A stretch of 63,920 nt of DNA, filler included, from Chiloscyllium plagiosum (taxonomy: Eukaryota): NCBI RefSeq assembly GCF_004010195.1. It is 4 parts of one record of this genome, joined end to end, with 100 filler letters (N's around TTAATTAATTAA, not from the genome) between each part and the next. Parts side by side here need not be neighbours in the genome. Positions count along the whole stretch, not along the records: positions 28,663 to 46,929 come from NC_057717.1; positions 47,030 to 57,550 come from NC_057717.1; 2 more parts are not named here. One strand, written 5' to 3'. A program made the position numbers and the translations under genes. Below are positions 37,101-51,039 of the stretch, in pieces. The notes below the pieces were generated by a model that worked only from the letters and a program-made list of their open reading frames with translations, was not told the origin of the DNA and did no database searches. Within the stretch, counting starts at the first letter, position 1; the number at the start of each line of letters is the position of its first letter.

Positions 37101-37737
37101 AGAGACATTGATAGGGAGAGAACTTCCACACTTTACAAAGGATTGATTGGTTTGATTTATTGACACATGTACCTCAGTACAGGAAAACACTTTATATATG
37201 AGCAGTGGAGGCAGATCATAGTAAGCATGGACAGGCAGATCATAGGGTGGAATTAGGCTTGGACAGAGTAAGGCACATAGGTTACACTGAACAGGACGTG
37301 CACTCGACAACATCAACATGAACAAGATCAGCATTATTTGAACTTAGAGAGTCCATTCATCAGCCTAACGTGACTTTCCTAATAGTTTATATGTCTTAAT
37401 AAACTATCCCCATGTTATTTAGCGTCGGCGTGTGAACCCGTACTGAACGTCAGGTTTGTTACAATCCCCAACAGCAGCCACAATACCTTCCATCTGAAAC
37501 TGGTAGCCATTCCCACCAGCTTCTGTCCTACATAGAGAACACCAGGCTGGCCTCTCGGAGATGATTATTGTCATCTTGTGACTTTAAACAAGACATATGC
37601 CTTCCCTCCTCACCACTAGGAATCTGCGTTAAAGTCTCACGTGTGTTTCATGACCGACGGAGCCACGAGGAACAACGTGGAGCAGTCTGTCAGTGCAGCC
37701 TCTGCTCCACTTGGTCATCATATTAGAGCATCAATTA

Positions 37738-37845
37738 GGAGAGAGCGAGGACTGTGAATGCTGAAGATCAGAGTAGAATGTGGTTTGTTGGAAAAGCACA
37801 TGAGGTGAATCGACGTTTAGGCATAAGCTATTCATCAGGAATCAA
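37738..37845 (-). mobile_element. PLE tail fragment with hammerhead remnant
   Basis: Minus strand attcctgatgaatagcttatgcctaaacgtcgattc followed by the PLE tail. Confidence 0.65.
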
Positions 37846-38020
37846 TATCAATTACCTCATTCTGCCCCGTTTAAGTGCATTGAATTTGGAATGGCCTCCT
37901 CCTGTTTCTGTGTAAGTGACTTAAGGGACTGAATGGCTTCTTCCTCGTCTGATTGGACAGGGCCAATGGCATGACTGAGTTATCCCTGGTTCCTATTTGA
38001 CAGCTCGATTTGCTGACAAG

Positions 38021-38655
38021 TGTGATGATGCGGCAGCTTTAAGAGGTTATTTTGTTCTGGTTTCTTTTAAGCGAGTGATTGAATGACCGTTACCAAGTTG
38101 GCTAGTTAAGACCACTGAGTAAACAGCTAGGGAGGCCTTGGGTTTATTTTAATGCAACCTGAATGGGGGTGGCCAGCTCTCACCGATTAGGATCTCTGGG
38201 TTTTGCTTTCTCAGTAACATCAGAAACTATTGGCGTCTCAACAGAGTTGGAAAATTCAGTGACTATCTCCTGTCTGCTACCTTGCTAAAATTTCTCTTGA
38301 TACAGTTTTCTTCCTGGATTGGAGAAGAAATTGTGACATTCTGTGTCTGAAATTTACTTTTTGCCAAGGGCTGTGTTTATGGAATTTTCCTTGATTGGAA
38401 CAGTTCATTAGTAACAGTTCCTAGATCTGTTATTCTGTTAACTAGTCCAATAGAATCACGTTATTCTAAATTCTTTCTTTGGTTTTATTTCATCTTTCGT
38501 GTTTAAGTAAATAGTGTTTTGCTTCACAGTGAGTGGTCTGACCAGTCACATTGTATCTAGAACAGACAGTTTACATTTCCTTTAAAATAAGAAAACGTTA
38601 GAGTCTCGGCTACGCCTTCAAATATTGTCGAGGGGCTCTGGTGTGGTCCGTCACA
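38021..38655 (+). mobile_element. Solo LTR
   Basis: TGTGA...TCACA termini, 635 bp, flanked by CAAG/CGAG (4-bp TSD with one mismatch); 3' end similar to the LTRs at 4235 and 9281. Confidence 0.75.
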
Positions 38656-38999
38656 CGAGACTCATTCTCTTCCTGAGTAATAGGCTGGAGGCACTGAATG
38701 TGCTGTCCCTGTTCTTCTCCGACAGTGTCAATGGGCCGAATGATTTCCTCATATTCCTGTGAAACCAGCGTGAGGTGCTGAATGAACTCTTATTTTACTG
38801 TGGCAATGTGCAGTGTCAGGCATTCTTTTTACATGAATATTACGGACACTTTAAAGCACAAGCCTCAATAGAGTTTGGTTCTTGATGCACATGGACACAT
38901 AACAGTTCAGGATCTGACGGGGGCGTCAAATCATTCTGAACATTGTGGAATCCTCAGTGACCATCCCCACTTCTTATCTTATGCTGGGTAGGGTGAGGG

Positions 39000-39240
39000 T
39001 GTGGATACATTGATGAAGTAGCTGAAGATGTTGCTGAAGAGGAAGCTACCCTGATGATCTCCCACAGAGGTGACCCAGGACTGAGATGATGAACATCTTT
39101 CGTTGTGCCATGTTTGACCCCAAACACTGGAGAGTTTACTCTGATTCCCATTAAGTCCAGTTTTGTTCAGCTCCTTGATGTCAACAGAAGTTAACCACTG
39201 CCTTGATATCAGGGCCAGTCATTTTTACCTGAACCCTTGT
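39000..39240 (-). mobile_element. Crack/Zenon-like LINE RT fragment
   Basis: Reverse of ALDIKA.F and the SQ..D.S.GVPQGS region; same family as 60722-62462. Confidence 0.55.
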
Positions 39241-40164
39241 GACAACCTCTTTTGTTCATATCAATTAGCCATGATAGAGGTGCACCTGTTTTCTTCAAAT
39301 AGGTGGTATTAATTGTCAGGATTTCTTTTCTAAAGAGGGTTGGGGAGCTAAATGACTGGATGTTGACGTGGTAGATGGATGTTGACGTGTCAGAGAGTTG
39401 AGGGCTTGAGGAATTTGGCATTAAAGAGGATTTGCGACCAAGAGCAGATCAGCCACGATCTTAGTGAAGGCCAAGTCAGGCTTGGGAAGTGAACGACCTG
39501 CCCCTGTTTCTGATGTTCTCATATCCTGTTATTGGAAAGTTAGTGCGTGTAATTTTCATGAATGTGCAATTACTGCATATTGTAGTCAGGAGGCCAGAGG
39601 ATTCTGTGAGCCATCGCTGGGTGAGGTATGGAGGCTGCATTCACAGTGAATCTGGGTCTACAACATGACCAATAAATGAAACACAAGTTTCAGAGACGGA
39701 AAGCTCTGTAAAGAAAGCTGACGGGCCTCTTTTACACCCAACCTATTTTTTCCAATTACATTTCCTAAATCACCTCAAAGCATGAGGGACAGTCTTGAAG
39801 GGCCGAATGGTCCCCACTGTTTCTGTGCAACAGTATATAAGAGTCAGTAGCCTCCAACTGCTCCTGCCTAGCAGGTTTGAGGGGCCGAATGAATCACAGA
39901 AACATGGGACTGAGGAGCAGGAGCGGGTCATTAGATACTATGAACCTTCTCCATCAGGCACGAAAATTGTGGCTGATCAGGTTGTGGTCTCAGCCCCACT
40001 TTCCTGTCTGTGTTCAATTATCTGTGCCTCACATCCATGTCAAATAATTAACTAACACCGCCTTGAGACCATGTGAACATAGCGGCACGATTAAAAACTT
40101 CCAGTGAAGAGAATTCCGACGTGAAAGGTCCTTTCAGAACTTTTCATCATCCCTGTTTTATAAT

Positions 40165-40620
40165 CAGAGAATCATGCAGAGCGGAAACAGACCCGTTAGT
40201 CAAATCTGTTCACTCCGATCAGATATCAAATCTGATCCTGTCCCATTTGCCAGCATTTGGCCAATATTCCTCCTTTATCAGACACTTATTAAATGCGTGA
40301 TTGTACCCTCCTTGACCACTTCCTCTGACAACAATTTCTGTACACACAACACTCTCTGTGTGAAACGTTTATCTTCAGGTCCCTTCTAAATCATTCGCTC
40401 TCTCGCCTTCAACCTATGCTCTCTTGTTCTGGACTCCACTATCCTTGGATCAGAACGTGGCTATTCAAAATATTCATACCCCTGATGATTTTATAAACCT
40501 CTATTATGTCACCCCTCAGCCTCTGAGGAGAAAGCACCTCATCCTAATCAACCTCTCCCTGAAGCTCAAACCTTCAGTCCCAGAACATCCGCATAAGTCA
40601 TTTCTTAAAGAGGCCTCACC
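40165..40620 (-). mobile_element. CR1 3' end
   Basis: Reverse CR1 tail (cagagaatcatgcagagcggaaacagaccc...gtcccatttgccagcatttggcc). Confidence 0.7.
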
Positions 40621-41145
40621 AACACCCTGTACAGATGTAATATGCNNNNNNNNNNNNNNNNNNNNNNNNNNNNNNNNNNNNNNNNNNNNNNNNNNNNNNN
40701 NNNNNNNNNNNNNNNNNNNNNNNNNNNNNNNNNNNNNNNNNNNNNNNNNNNNNNNNNNNNNNNNNNNNNNNNNNNNNNNNNNNNNNNNNNNNNNNNNNNN
40801 NNNNNNNNNNNNNNNNNNNNNNNNNNNNNNNNNNNNNNNNNNNNNNNNNNNNNNNNNNNNNNNNNNNNNNNNNNNNNNNNNNNNNNNNNNNNNNNNNNNN
40901 NNNNNNNNNNNNNNNNNNNNNNNNNNNNNNNNNNNNNNNNNNNNNNNNNNNNNNNNNNNNNNNNNNNNNNNNNNNNNNNNNNNNNNNNNNNNNNNNNNNN
41001 NNNNNNNNNNNNNNNNNNNNNNNNNNNNNNNNNNNNNNNNNNNNNNNNNNNNNNNNNNNNNNNNNNNNNNNNNNNNNNNNNNNNNNNNNNNNNNNNNNNN
41101 NNNNNNNNNNNNNNNNNNNNNNNNNNNNNNNNNNNNNNNNNNNNN

Positions 41146-44100
41146 ACTCTCTCTCCGTAACATTGAACCCCTCACACTCACTCAATCATGGTCACCCTGA
41201 CCCCTCACACTCACTCCATCACCGTCACCCTGACCGTCTCACACTCACCCAGTCACAGTCTCTATGACCCTCACACACTCACCCCATCACTGTCACCTGG
41301 ACCCCCTCACACTCACTCCATCACCGTCACCCTGAACCCCTCACACTCACTCCATCACCGTCACACTGACCCCCTCACACTCACTCCCATCATCATCAAC
41401 CTGACCCGCTCACACTCACTCCATCACCGTTATAGTGACCCTCTCACACTCACTCCACCGACGTCACCCTGAACCCCTCACACTCACTCCAAACCCCTCA
41501 CCCTGACCCCCTCACACTCGCTCCATCACGTTCACCCTGACGCACTCACACTCGCTCCATCACGCTCACCCTGACGCACTCACACTCACTCCATCACCTG
41601 ACCCGCTCACACTCACTCCATCACCGTTGCCCTGACCCCCTCACACCTACTCCATCACCGTCACACTGATCCCCTCACACTCGCTCCATCACCGTCACAC
41701 TCACCCCCTCTCACTCACTACATCACCGTCACCCTGACCCCTCACACTCACTCCATCACCGTCATAATGACCCTCTCACACTCACTCCACCAACGTCACC
41801 CTGAACCCCTCACACTCACTCAAAACCCGTCACCTTGATCCCCTCATACTCACCCAGTCACAGTCACTATGATCCCCTCACTCTCAGTCCATCACCGTCA
41901 CCATTATCCCCTCACACTCACTCCATCATGTTCACCCTGACGCACTCACACTGACTGCATTGCTGTCAACCTGACCCGCTCACACTCGCTCCATCACCGT
42001 CACACTCACCCCCTCTCACTCACTCCATCACCGTCACCATGACCCCCTCACACTCACTCATTCTCAGTTCCTATGACCCCCTCATGCTCACTGACCTCTT
42101 CACACTCACTTCATCACTGCCACGCTGACCACCTCACACTCACTCCAAATTCGTCAGCCTGACCCCCTCACACTCACCTAGTAACAGTCACTATGAACAC
42201 CTCACACTCCATCATCGGCACCCTGACTCACTCACACTCACTCCATCACCTTCAAACTGACCCCCTCAAACTCACTCCATCTCCGACACCCTGACACCCT
42301 CACACTCACTCCATCACTGCCAACTTGATCCCCTCACAATCACTCCATCACCGTCACCCTGACACCGTCACACTCATTTCATCACCGTCACACTGGCCCC
42401 CTCAAACGCACTCCATCACAGTCACCCTGACCCTCTCGCACTCACCCAGTCTCAGACAATATGAGCCCGTAACACTCACTCCATAACCGTCACCATGATC
42501 CCCTCACACTCACTCCACCACTGTCTCACTGACCCCCTCACATTCACTCCATCACATACACCCTGGCCCCCTCACACTCACTCCATCACTGTCACCATGA
42601 CACCCTCATACTCACGCGATCCCAGTTACACTGACCTCCTAACAATCACTCGGTCACCGTCACACTGATTCCCTCACACTCACTCCATCACCTTCACCAC
42701 GATCCCCTCACAGTCACTTCATTATCGTCACACCTATCCCATCACGCTCACATCATCACCCTTACACTGAGTCACTCAAGCTCACTTCGTCACCCTTACA
42801 CTGAGTCACTCACGCTCACTTCGTCACCGTCACCCTAACCCCCTCACACTCACTCGGTCACAGTCACCGTGACTCCCTCACACTCCCTCCATCACCATCT
42901 CCCTGATCCCCTCACACTCACTCCATCACTGCCAACTGGATCCCCTCACAATCGATCCATCACCGTCACCGTGACACTGTCACACTCACTTCATCACCGT
43001 CACACTGGCCCCCTCACACTCACCCAGTCACAGACACTATGAGCCGCTAACACTCACTCCATAACCGTCATATGATCCCCTCACACTCACTCCACCACTG
43101 ACTCAAAGACCCCCTCACACTCACTCCATCACCCTCACCCTGACCGCTTCACACTCACTCCATCACCCTCACCATGGTCCCCTCACACTCACTCTATCAC
43201 CGTCACCCTGACCCCCTCACACTCACTCCATCAGCGTCACACTGACCCGCTCAAACTCACTCCATCACACTCTCCCTGAACCCTCACACTCACACCATCA
43301 CCATCACCTTGACCCCCTCACACTCACTCCATCACGCTCACCCTGACGCACTCACACTCGCTCCATCATCTGACCCGCTCACACTCACTCCATCACCATT
43401 GCCCTGACCCCCTCACACCTACTCCATCACCGTCACACTGGTCCCCTCACACTCGCTCCATCACCGTCACACNNNNNNNNNNNNNNNNNNNNNNNNNNNN
43501 NNNNNNNNNNNNNNNNNNNNNNNNNNNNNNNNNNNNNNNNNNNNNNNNNNNNNNNNNNNNNNNNNNNNNNNNNNNNNNNNNNNNNNNNNNNNNNNNNNNN
43601 NNNNNNNNNNNNNNNNNNNNNNNNNNNNNNNNNNNNNNNNNNNNNNNNNNNNNNNNNNNNNNNNNNNNNNNNNNNNNNNNNNNNNNNNNNNNNNNNNNNN
43701 NNNNNNNNNNNNNNNNNNNNNNNNNNNNNNNNNNNNNNNNNNNNNNNNNNNNNNNNNNNNNNNNNNNNNNNNNNNNNNNNNNNNNNNNNNNNNNNNNNNN
43801 NNNNNNNNNNNNNNNNNNNNNNNNNNNNNNNNNNNNNNNNNNNNNNNNNNNNNNNNNNNNNNNNNNNNNNNNNNNNNNNNNNNNNNNNNNNNNNNNNNNN
43901 NNNNNNNNNNNNNNNNNNNNNNNNNNNNNNNNNNNNNNNNNNNNNNNNNNNNNNNNNNNNNNNNNNNNNNNNNNNNNNNNNNNNNNNNNNNNNNNNNNNN
44001 NNNNNNNNNNNNNNNNNNNNNNNNNNNNNNNNNNNNNNNNNNNNNNNNNNNNNNNNNNNNNNNNNNNNNNNNNNNNNNNNNNNNNNNNNNNNNNNNNNNN

Positions 44101-46929
44101 NNNNNNNNNNNNNNNNNNNNCCTTCACACTCGCTCCTTCACCGTCACCCTGACACACTCACACTTGCTCCATCACCGTCACCCAGACCCCCTCACACTCA
44201 CTACATCACCGTCATCCTGACCCCCTCACACTCGCTACTTCACCGTCACCCTGACCCCCTCACACTCGCTCCTTCACCGTCACCCTGAACCCCTCACACT
44301 CGCTCCATCACTGTCACCATGAGTCCCTCACCCACACGCCATCTCCATCTCCCTGACCCCCTCACACTCACTCGGTCAACGGCACCCTGACAGACTCACA
44401 CTCACTCCATCACCGTGACACTGACACCCTCGCACTCATTCCCTCACCGTCACCCTGACTCCCTCAAATTCACTCCTTCAGTGTCCCCCTGACCACCTCA
44501 CACTCATTCCATCAGTGTCTCCTTGACAACCTCACACTCACTCCATCACCGTGACACTGACCCCCTCACACTCACTCCATCAACTTCACTCTGATCCCCT
44601 CACATTCACGCCAACACCTTCACCTTGACCCCCTCACACTCACTCCATCGCGATCACCCAGACCCCCTCATACTCACTCCTTCACCGTCACCCTGACCCT
44701 CTCACACTTGCTCCATCACCGTCCCCACGACTCCCTCACACTCATTCGGTCAACGTCACCCTGACCCCCTCACATTCACGCCATCACCGTGACACTGACC
44801 CCCTCACACTCACTCCATCACCATCGTCCTGACCACCTCAAACTCACTCCATCAGTGTCACCCTGACCCCCTCACACTCACCCAGTCATGGTCTCTATGA
44901 TCCCCTCACACTCACTCCATTACCGTCGCACTGTCCCCCTCACATTCACTCCGTCACCGTCACCATGACCCCCTCACACTCACTCACTCCATCACCGTCA
45001 CCCTGCCCCCACATACTCACTCCATATCAGTGACACTGCCCCCTCATCTCACTTCATCACCGTCACCCTGATTCTGTAATACTCATTCCATCACTATCAC
45101 CCTGACCCCCTCACACTTATTCCATCACCGTCACACTGATCCCCTCACATTCATTCCATCACCATCACAGTGACGCCGTGTCACTCACTCCATCGCCGTC
45201 ACCATGACTGCCTCATACTCACTCCATCACCATCACCATGACCCTCTCACACTCACCCAGTCACAGTCACTATGACCCCCTCATGCTCACTCCATCACTG
45301 TCACCCTGATCCCCTCGCATTCAACCAGTGACAGTCAGTATGTCCCCATCACGCTCACTCCATCACCGTCTCCCTGACCTCTTCACACTCACTTCATCAC
45401 CGCCCTCCATCACCTCACCATGACCCTCTCACACTCACCCAGTCACAGTCACTATGACCCCCTCATGCTCACTCCATCACTGTCACCCTGATCCCCTCGC
45501 ATTCAACCAGTGACAGTCAGTATGTCCCCATCACGCTCACTCCATCACCGTCTCCCTGACCTCTTCACACTCACTTCATCACCGCCTCGCTGACCCCCTC
45601 ACACTCACTCCAAACCGGTCACCCTGAACCCCTCACACTCGCCAAGTCACAGTCACTATGACCCCCTCACACTCATTCCATCACCGTCACTGTGACCCCC
45701 CACACTCATTCCACCACCATCTTCCTGACCACCTCACACTCACGTGATTACAGTCACACTGATCCCCTCATACTCACTCATTCACCGTCAACATGACTCC
45801 CTCAATTTCACTCCTTCAGTGTCACACTGACCACCTCACACTCATTCCATCAGCGTCTCCCTGACTCCCTCACACTCACTCCATCACCATGATTCCCTCA
45901 CACTCACTCCATCATCGTTTCCGTGACTTCCTCACACGCACGCCATCCCCGTCTCACTAACCCCCTCACACTCACTCAGTCACCGCCTCCCTGATTCCCT
46001 CACACTCACTCCTTCACCGTCACCCTCACTCCCTCACACTCACTCCATCACAGTCACCTTGACGCCCTCACACTCGCTCCATCACCGTCTCGCTGACCCC
46101 CTCACACTCACTCCAAACCGGTCACCCTGAACCCCTCACACTCGCCAAGTCACAGTCACTATGACCCCCTCACACTCATTCCATCACCGTCACTGTGACC
46201 CCCCACACTCATTCCACCACCATCTTCCTGACCACCTCACACTCACGTGATTACAGTCACACTGACCCCCTCATACTCACTCATTCACCGTCACGCTGAC
46301 CGCCTCACGCTCACGCCATCACAGTCACACTGGCCCCCTCACACTCACTCCATCACTGTCACCCTGACCCACTCACACTCACTCCACCACCGTCACTATG
46401 TCCTCTCACACTCACTCCATCATTGTCACCCTGACCCCCTTCAAACTCACTCCATCACCGTCACACTGATCCCCTCAGTTTCACTCCATCACTGTCACGC
46501 TGACTCCCTCACACACACTCCATCACCATCGCTGGATCCCCTCACATTCACTCCATCACCGTCACCATGACCCCCTCAAACTCACTCCATCACCGTCGCT
46601 GGATCCCCTCACATTCACTCCATCACCGTCACCATGACCCCCTCAAACTCACTCCATCACCGTCGCTGGATCCCCTCACATTCACTCCATCACCGTCACC
46701 ATGACCCCCTCAAACTCACTCCATCACCGTCGCTGGATCCCCTCACATTCACTCCATCACCGTCACCATGACCCCCTCAAACTCACTCCATCACCGTCGC
46801 TGGATCCCCTCACATTCACTCCATCACCGTCACCATGACCCCCTCAAACTCACTCCATCACCGTCGCTGGATCCCCTCACATTCACTCCATCACCGTCAC
46901 CATGACCCCCTCAAACTCACTCCATCACC
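41146..46929. repeat. ~34-bp C/A-rich satellite (CCCCCTCACACTCACTCCATCACCGTCACCCTGA) with an internal gap; last ~420 bp form a homogeneous 67-bp dimer
   Basis: Continuous diverged tandem units over >5 kb; GGATCC recurs exactly every 67 bp at 46534, 46601, 46668, 46735, 46802 and 46869. Confidence 0.97.
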
Positions 46930-47029
46930 NNNNNNNNNNNNNNNNNNNNNNNNNNNNNNNNNNNNNNNNNNNNTTAATTAATTAANNNNNNNNNNNNNNN
47001 NNNNNNNNNNNNNNNNNNNNNNNNNNNNN
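46930..47029. other. Artificial scaffold linker N44-TTAATTAATTAA-N44
   Basis: 12-mer at 46974-46985 within a 100-bp N spacer. Confidence 0.95.
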
Positions 47030-47455
47030 CTGAGCCAGAAGTGTTGAGTCAATAATCCACCTCACCCTCCTCATGATGCCCACAGAATCACAGATGCCAG
47101 TCTTCAACCAATTCGATTCGCTGCACGTGACATGAAGAAACAGCTGAACACAGTAGGTATGAAATTGGCAATGGACCCTGACACCATTCATGCAATAGGA
47201 ATCAAGATTGTACTGCACAACAAGCCGTGTCGCTGGGGAAGCTGATTCAATCCAGCTCCAACTCTGACATCTGCCTGGCCACGTGAAAAGTTCCTCAACG
47301 ATATCCAGTCCCAAAACAAGGGGATGACTAGAGTCTGACGATTTACCACGCCCTCGGTCCCGTCGCGATCTTCACATTGGTGGGAGTTCTTTTTGACAGA
47401 GTTGTCATGCAGCACAGAAATAATGTGCTCACTGTGGTTTCCGATAGGTCCCCAT
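47030..47455 (+). mobile_element. Crack/Zenon-like LINE ORF2 fragment
   Basis: Translates approximately ITDASLQPIRF..RDMKKQL...AMDPDTI, homologous to 61340-61470. Confidence 0.65.
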
Positions 47456-47459
47456 GTGG

Positions 47460-47810
47460 AGATGGTGCTGTTGTGCAAATGTCACTGGATTACTGATCCA
47501 GACCAAGATAATGCTCTGGCAGCTAGTGGAAGTTAAAAACAATTAACAAAATATCGAGACTTAAAATCTCGTGCCAGTAATATTGACCTTGAATCTAATG
47601 TCCATTGTAAACATCTGTCCCTTCCCCAAAGTACTTTCAGGAAGTGAATCTCCCGTGCTTCCTGGTCTGGCCTACAAGTGTCTCCAGACACACAGACATG
47701 TGATAAACTCTACAATGGTCTCTGAAACGGCCAAGCCAGACACTCAATTGTATCAAATTACTGTGGGTTCTTAAAGGATAAAACTAGACAGAACACCGGC
47801 AACGAGCTTT
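47460..47810 (+). mobile_element. tRNA-derived SINE (same family as 19540)
   Basis: tgtcactggattactgatccagacc...ctggtctggcctacaagtgtctccagac...gccaagccagacactcaattgtatc. Confidence 0.65.
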
Positions 47811-48039
47811 GGAGAAGGGAACGGGAAACACAGTCCTTTCAACCAGCCAGATGCTGCCTTCCTATTGTTTAAGAGCTTGTGACAACAATGACAGAACTTT
47901 CCCGCACACTGCACAGCAACATCAGGAAGGGAGCAGGGCATTCGACAATTTTAGCTTCCCCTGTTCTAGCTCACGGAGACAAGTTCATTTTTATAACCCG
48001 AGTTAATGCATTCTTCAGAAACTCATCAATTCCTGTCTT

Positions 48040-50600
48040 ATGCTGCTCAATGATTGACCGTCCAACCCATACAATCACATAAGCACACTCTGTACTGTCA
48101 TAAATACAGCACGACCACATTAGTCCCACGTTCCGATACGAGGCACATAGCCATGTATGTTACAGCACTTCAAGGGCACGACCATGTATTTACTAACGGT
48201 TGTGAGGTTACCTGTGCCAACTGCCCTCTCAGGAAGTGCATTCCTGACCCCAACAGCCTCTGGATAAAAACCAATCCTCAAATCCTCACTAAACATCAAA
48301 TCCTGCACTTTAAAATGGCACTCCCTTGTTCTTCGCCCTTTGACTGAAAGGAACAGCCGCTATCCATCCTGTCCATGCCCCTGGTAATCTTCTCCTTCTG
48401 AAGGACGTCCCTCTCAGCGTTCTCTGCTACAAATTAAACAACTCGAGCTGATCTACTTCATCCAAGGGAACATCCTGGTAAATCTCCATTGCACCCCCTC
48501 CAGTGCAATCACATACTTCCTGTAATGTGGCTTCCAAAACTGTACATAGTATTCCATTTGGCCTAACCAAAGTTCCACATAGCTCTTATAATGTGTGTCT
48601 TCATGAATAAAGGCTATGTTTATGGTCGCTATGCTTTGTCAACTTGTGCATTAACCTGTTTAATCACATTCAGGGATATGTGGAGAAGCACCTTCTGAGC
48701 TTCCTAGTGTGCTGTTAGTCATTGGGTCCTCCCCTGTCTGGTTCCTTCTTCCAAAGTACATCACCTCATATTTATCAGGGTTACATTCCATCGGCCATTG
48801 ATCCACCCATTTGATCATTCCATCTGTATCTTCCTGTAATAGTAAGCCTTCCTCCTCACTGACAACCAACCAGCCAAACTTTGTGACAAACGCAAAATGA
48901 TTTATTACTCACACCAACACCTCCATATTCACAGCCGCATCATTTATGAATACTACAAATAACAAGGTTAAAAATCACACAACACCACGTTATAATCCAA
49001 CAGTTTTATACGGACGCACGAGCCTTCGACGCGCTGCTTCTTCATCACGTGATTATGCTCTTCGAAAGATCGTGCCTCCAAATAAACTGTTGGACTTTCA
49101 TCTAGTGTTCTGCAATTTTTAAACTTTGCACAAGCCATTCCAGCACTGGCATCTCCGAATCACAAATAATATGGAATACAGCATTGATCCCTGTGGTACA
49201 CGATTGGATACTGGTCTTCAGTCAAACAAACAGACGTCTACCAGCAGACCTTCTGTCTCCTACCACTAAGTTGATTTGGATGCAACTTGGCAAGTCACTA
49301 ATGAGTCCTACCTATTCCCTAGTTATTCTGTTCCACTTGACATACCTGTAGAATATCTCGGGATTCTCCCTAATCTTGTCCTGCCAGCAGGTTTCCATGT
49401 CGCTGTGTTAGTCAGTCCCCTTCAAATGAAGAATTGCTTTCTTATTGCAGTATGAAATGGTCTATCCTTTAGTAGCCATTATTTGCCTTAAATGTAGAGT
49501 AGGCAGCCACAGAAAAATCCTGTTTATTTCCACCTTGTCATTTGTTTAGTGACTTTTCTAAATTTCACTATGATCATCTCTCATTCTTTGAAACACTAAA
49601 GAACACATGCCGAGTTTCCACATCAGGCAATCTCGCCATCTGAGGGATTAATCTGGAGAATGTCCATTGCACATCCTCCGTGGTCAGTATATTCTTTCTC
49701 AGATTGGGTCACCAACACTGGACTCAATACTCTATGTACAGTTTCATTAGCAAGCTGTGAAACTGCTTCAGCATGACCTTCCAACTATGTTCTGATTCTC
49801 TTAACTGAAGGCGAACCTGACTGTAACTTTCCACTTCTATACATTCCTCCAATTGCCATTAACATTACTTTATTTATGAATTCACTGGATGAGTTCTTAA
49901 AAAAAGCCTTCTGAAAATCGAAATATGCCTTTTCTATTTTGTAATAAACAAGTTCAAATCATTCTGAAGTTTTTCAAGTATGAAGACTCTGTCAGACTCT
50001 ATCAGTGTATACTGATTCTCTCCAATGTTGCTGTTAATTTCTAAATATCCAATATCTGATCCTATATAATATATTCCATCAGTTTCGCTGCAGATGTCAC
50101 GTTAATTGGTCTGCAGTTCTCCACACTATCTCCTCTTCCCTTTGCAGATGCTTGAATCCCTTCCATTCATCTACAATGCTTGGAACATATTTACTAACTT
50201 CCAGCCTCTGCAGAATATTCAGGAAAATAAAACAGTCAGCGACAGCACAATTAATGCATCAATTGCTGATTTATTTTGATGAAAAGTACAACTGGCTCAT
50301 CAGATTTAGCAATGCTCAATCCAGCTACAACACTACTATGCCAGCCTTCAATTACTACCTTGTTACTGATATGAATTGACTTTATGTCTTTAGTTCCACA
50401 AGTTCCATGTGATCATTTGGTATTTCTCAGCGATTTTCTGGATCTTCCTCAGTGATGACAGATGCAAAGTAACTGGTTACTTTCTTGACCATTTCCCTGT
50501 TCTCCACAATAACCTCTCCTCTCCCGATTACAAAATTCTACATTTGACCTTGCTTTTATTTTGTTTACTTTGCAATACAGATTGTAGATTTATGTAGTCT
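48040..50600 (-). mobile_element. Mosaic of degenerate CR1 fragments
   Basis: LQEDTDGMIKWVDQWPMECNPDKYEVMYFG (48660..48869), FYPEAVGVRNALPER (48120..48308) and further reverse CR1 remnants. Confidence 0.65.
48966..49163. mobile_element. Inverted PLE insert of a second family with decayed hammerhead
   Basis: gttaaaaatcacacaacacc..ccaacag..cttcatca / ..cgaaagatcgtg..ctgttggact..tttttaa form imperfect inverted arms; acaaataa occurs on both flanks. Confidence 0.65.
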
Positions 50601-50619
50601 TTGTGTTCTTCTTTCACAG

Positions 50620-50895
50620 AATCATTAAATGACTACAGTGTGGAAAAGGCCCTAAGGCCCAAAACGTCCACCCCGCCCTTCCGAAGAGGAACCACTCAGA
50701 CCCATTCCCCTCTGATTGTACACTTTGCGAAGTATGCACCTAATCTACACATCCCTGGACACTTTTGGAAAATAAGCATTTCCAATTCAGCTAACCTGTA
50801 AATCTTTGAACTGTGGGAGGAAACCAGAGCACCCAGAGGAAACTCATGCAGACACGGGGAGAATATGAAAACTCCATACAAACAAATTTCTGAGA
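50620..50895 (-). mobile_element. HE1-type V-SINE
   Basis: ctacagtgtggaaaaggccc...ctgtgggaggaaaccagagcacccagaggaaactcatgcagacacggggaga. Confidence 0.8.
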
Positions 50896-51039
50896 ATTCT
50901 CCGGTTTGCACAATGTCTAGAATTCTTCTGAACTCACTTCCTATGATCAATATAATCTTTAATTTATTATGTTAACCTTCATTACTTGGCCTTTCTTCGG
51001 TAATTCTACCTTAAAGAAACAGACATATTTTTCAGACAT

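Noticed and set aside
39575..39680. CACAGTG heptamer preceded by LHIVVRRPEDS, suggesting an Ig/TCR V segment with an RSS (also at ~57310-57340 minus)
   Set aside because: The nonamer at 12 or 23 bp matches only 4-5 of 9 positions, there is no YYC, conserved Trp or upstream V frame, and the paralogous copy does not keep the reading frame.
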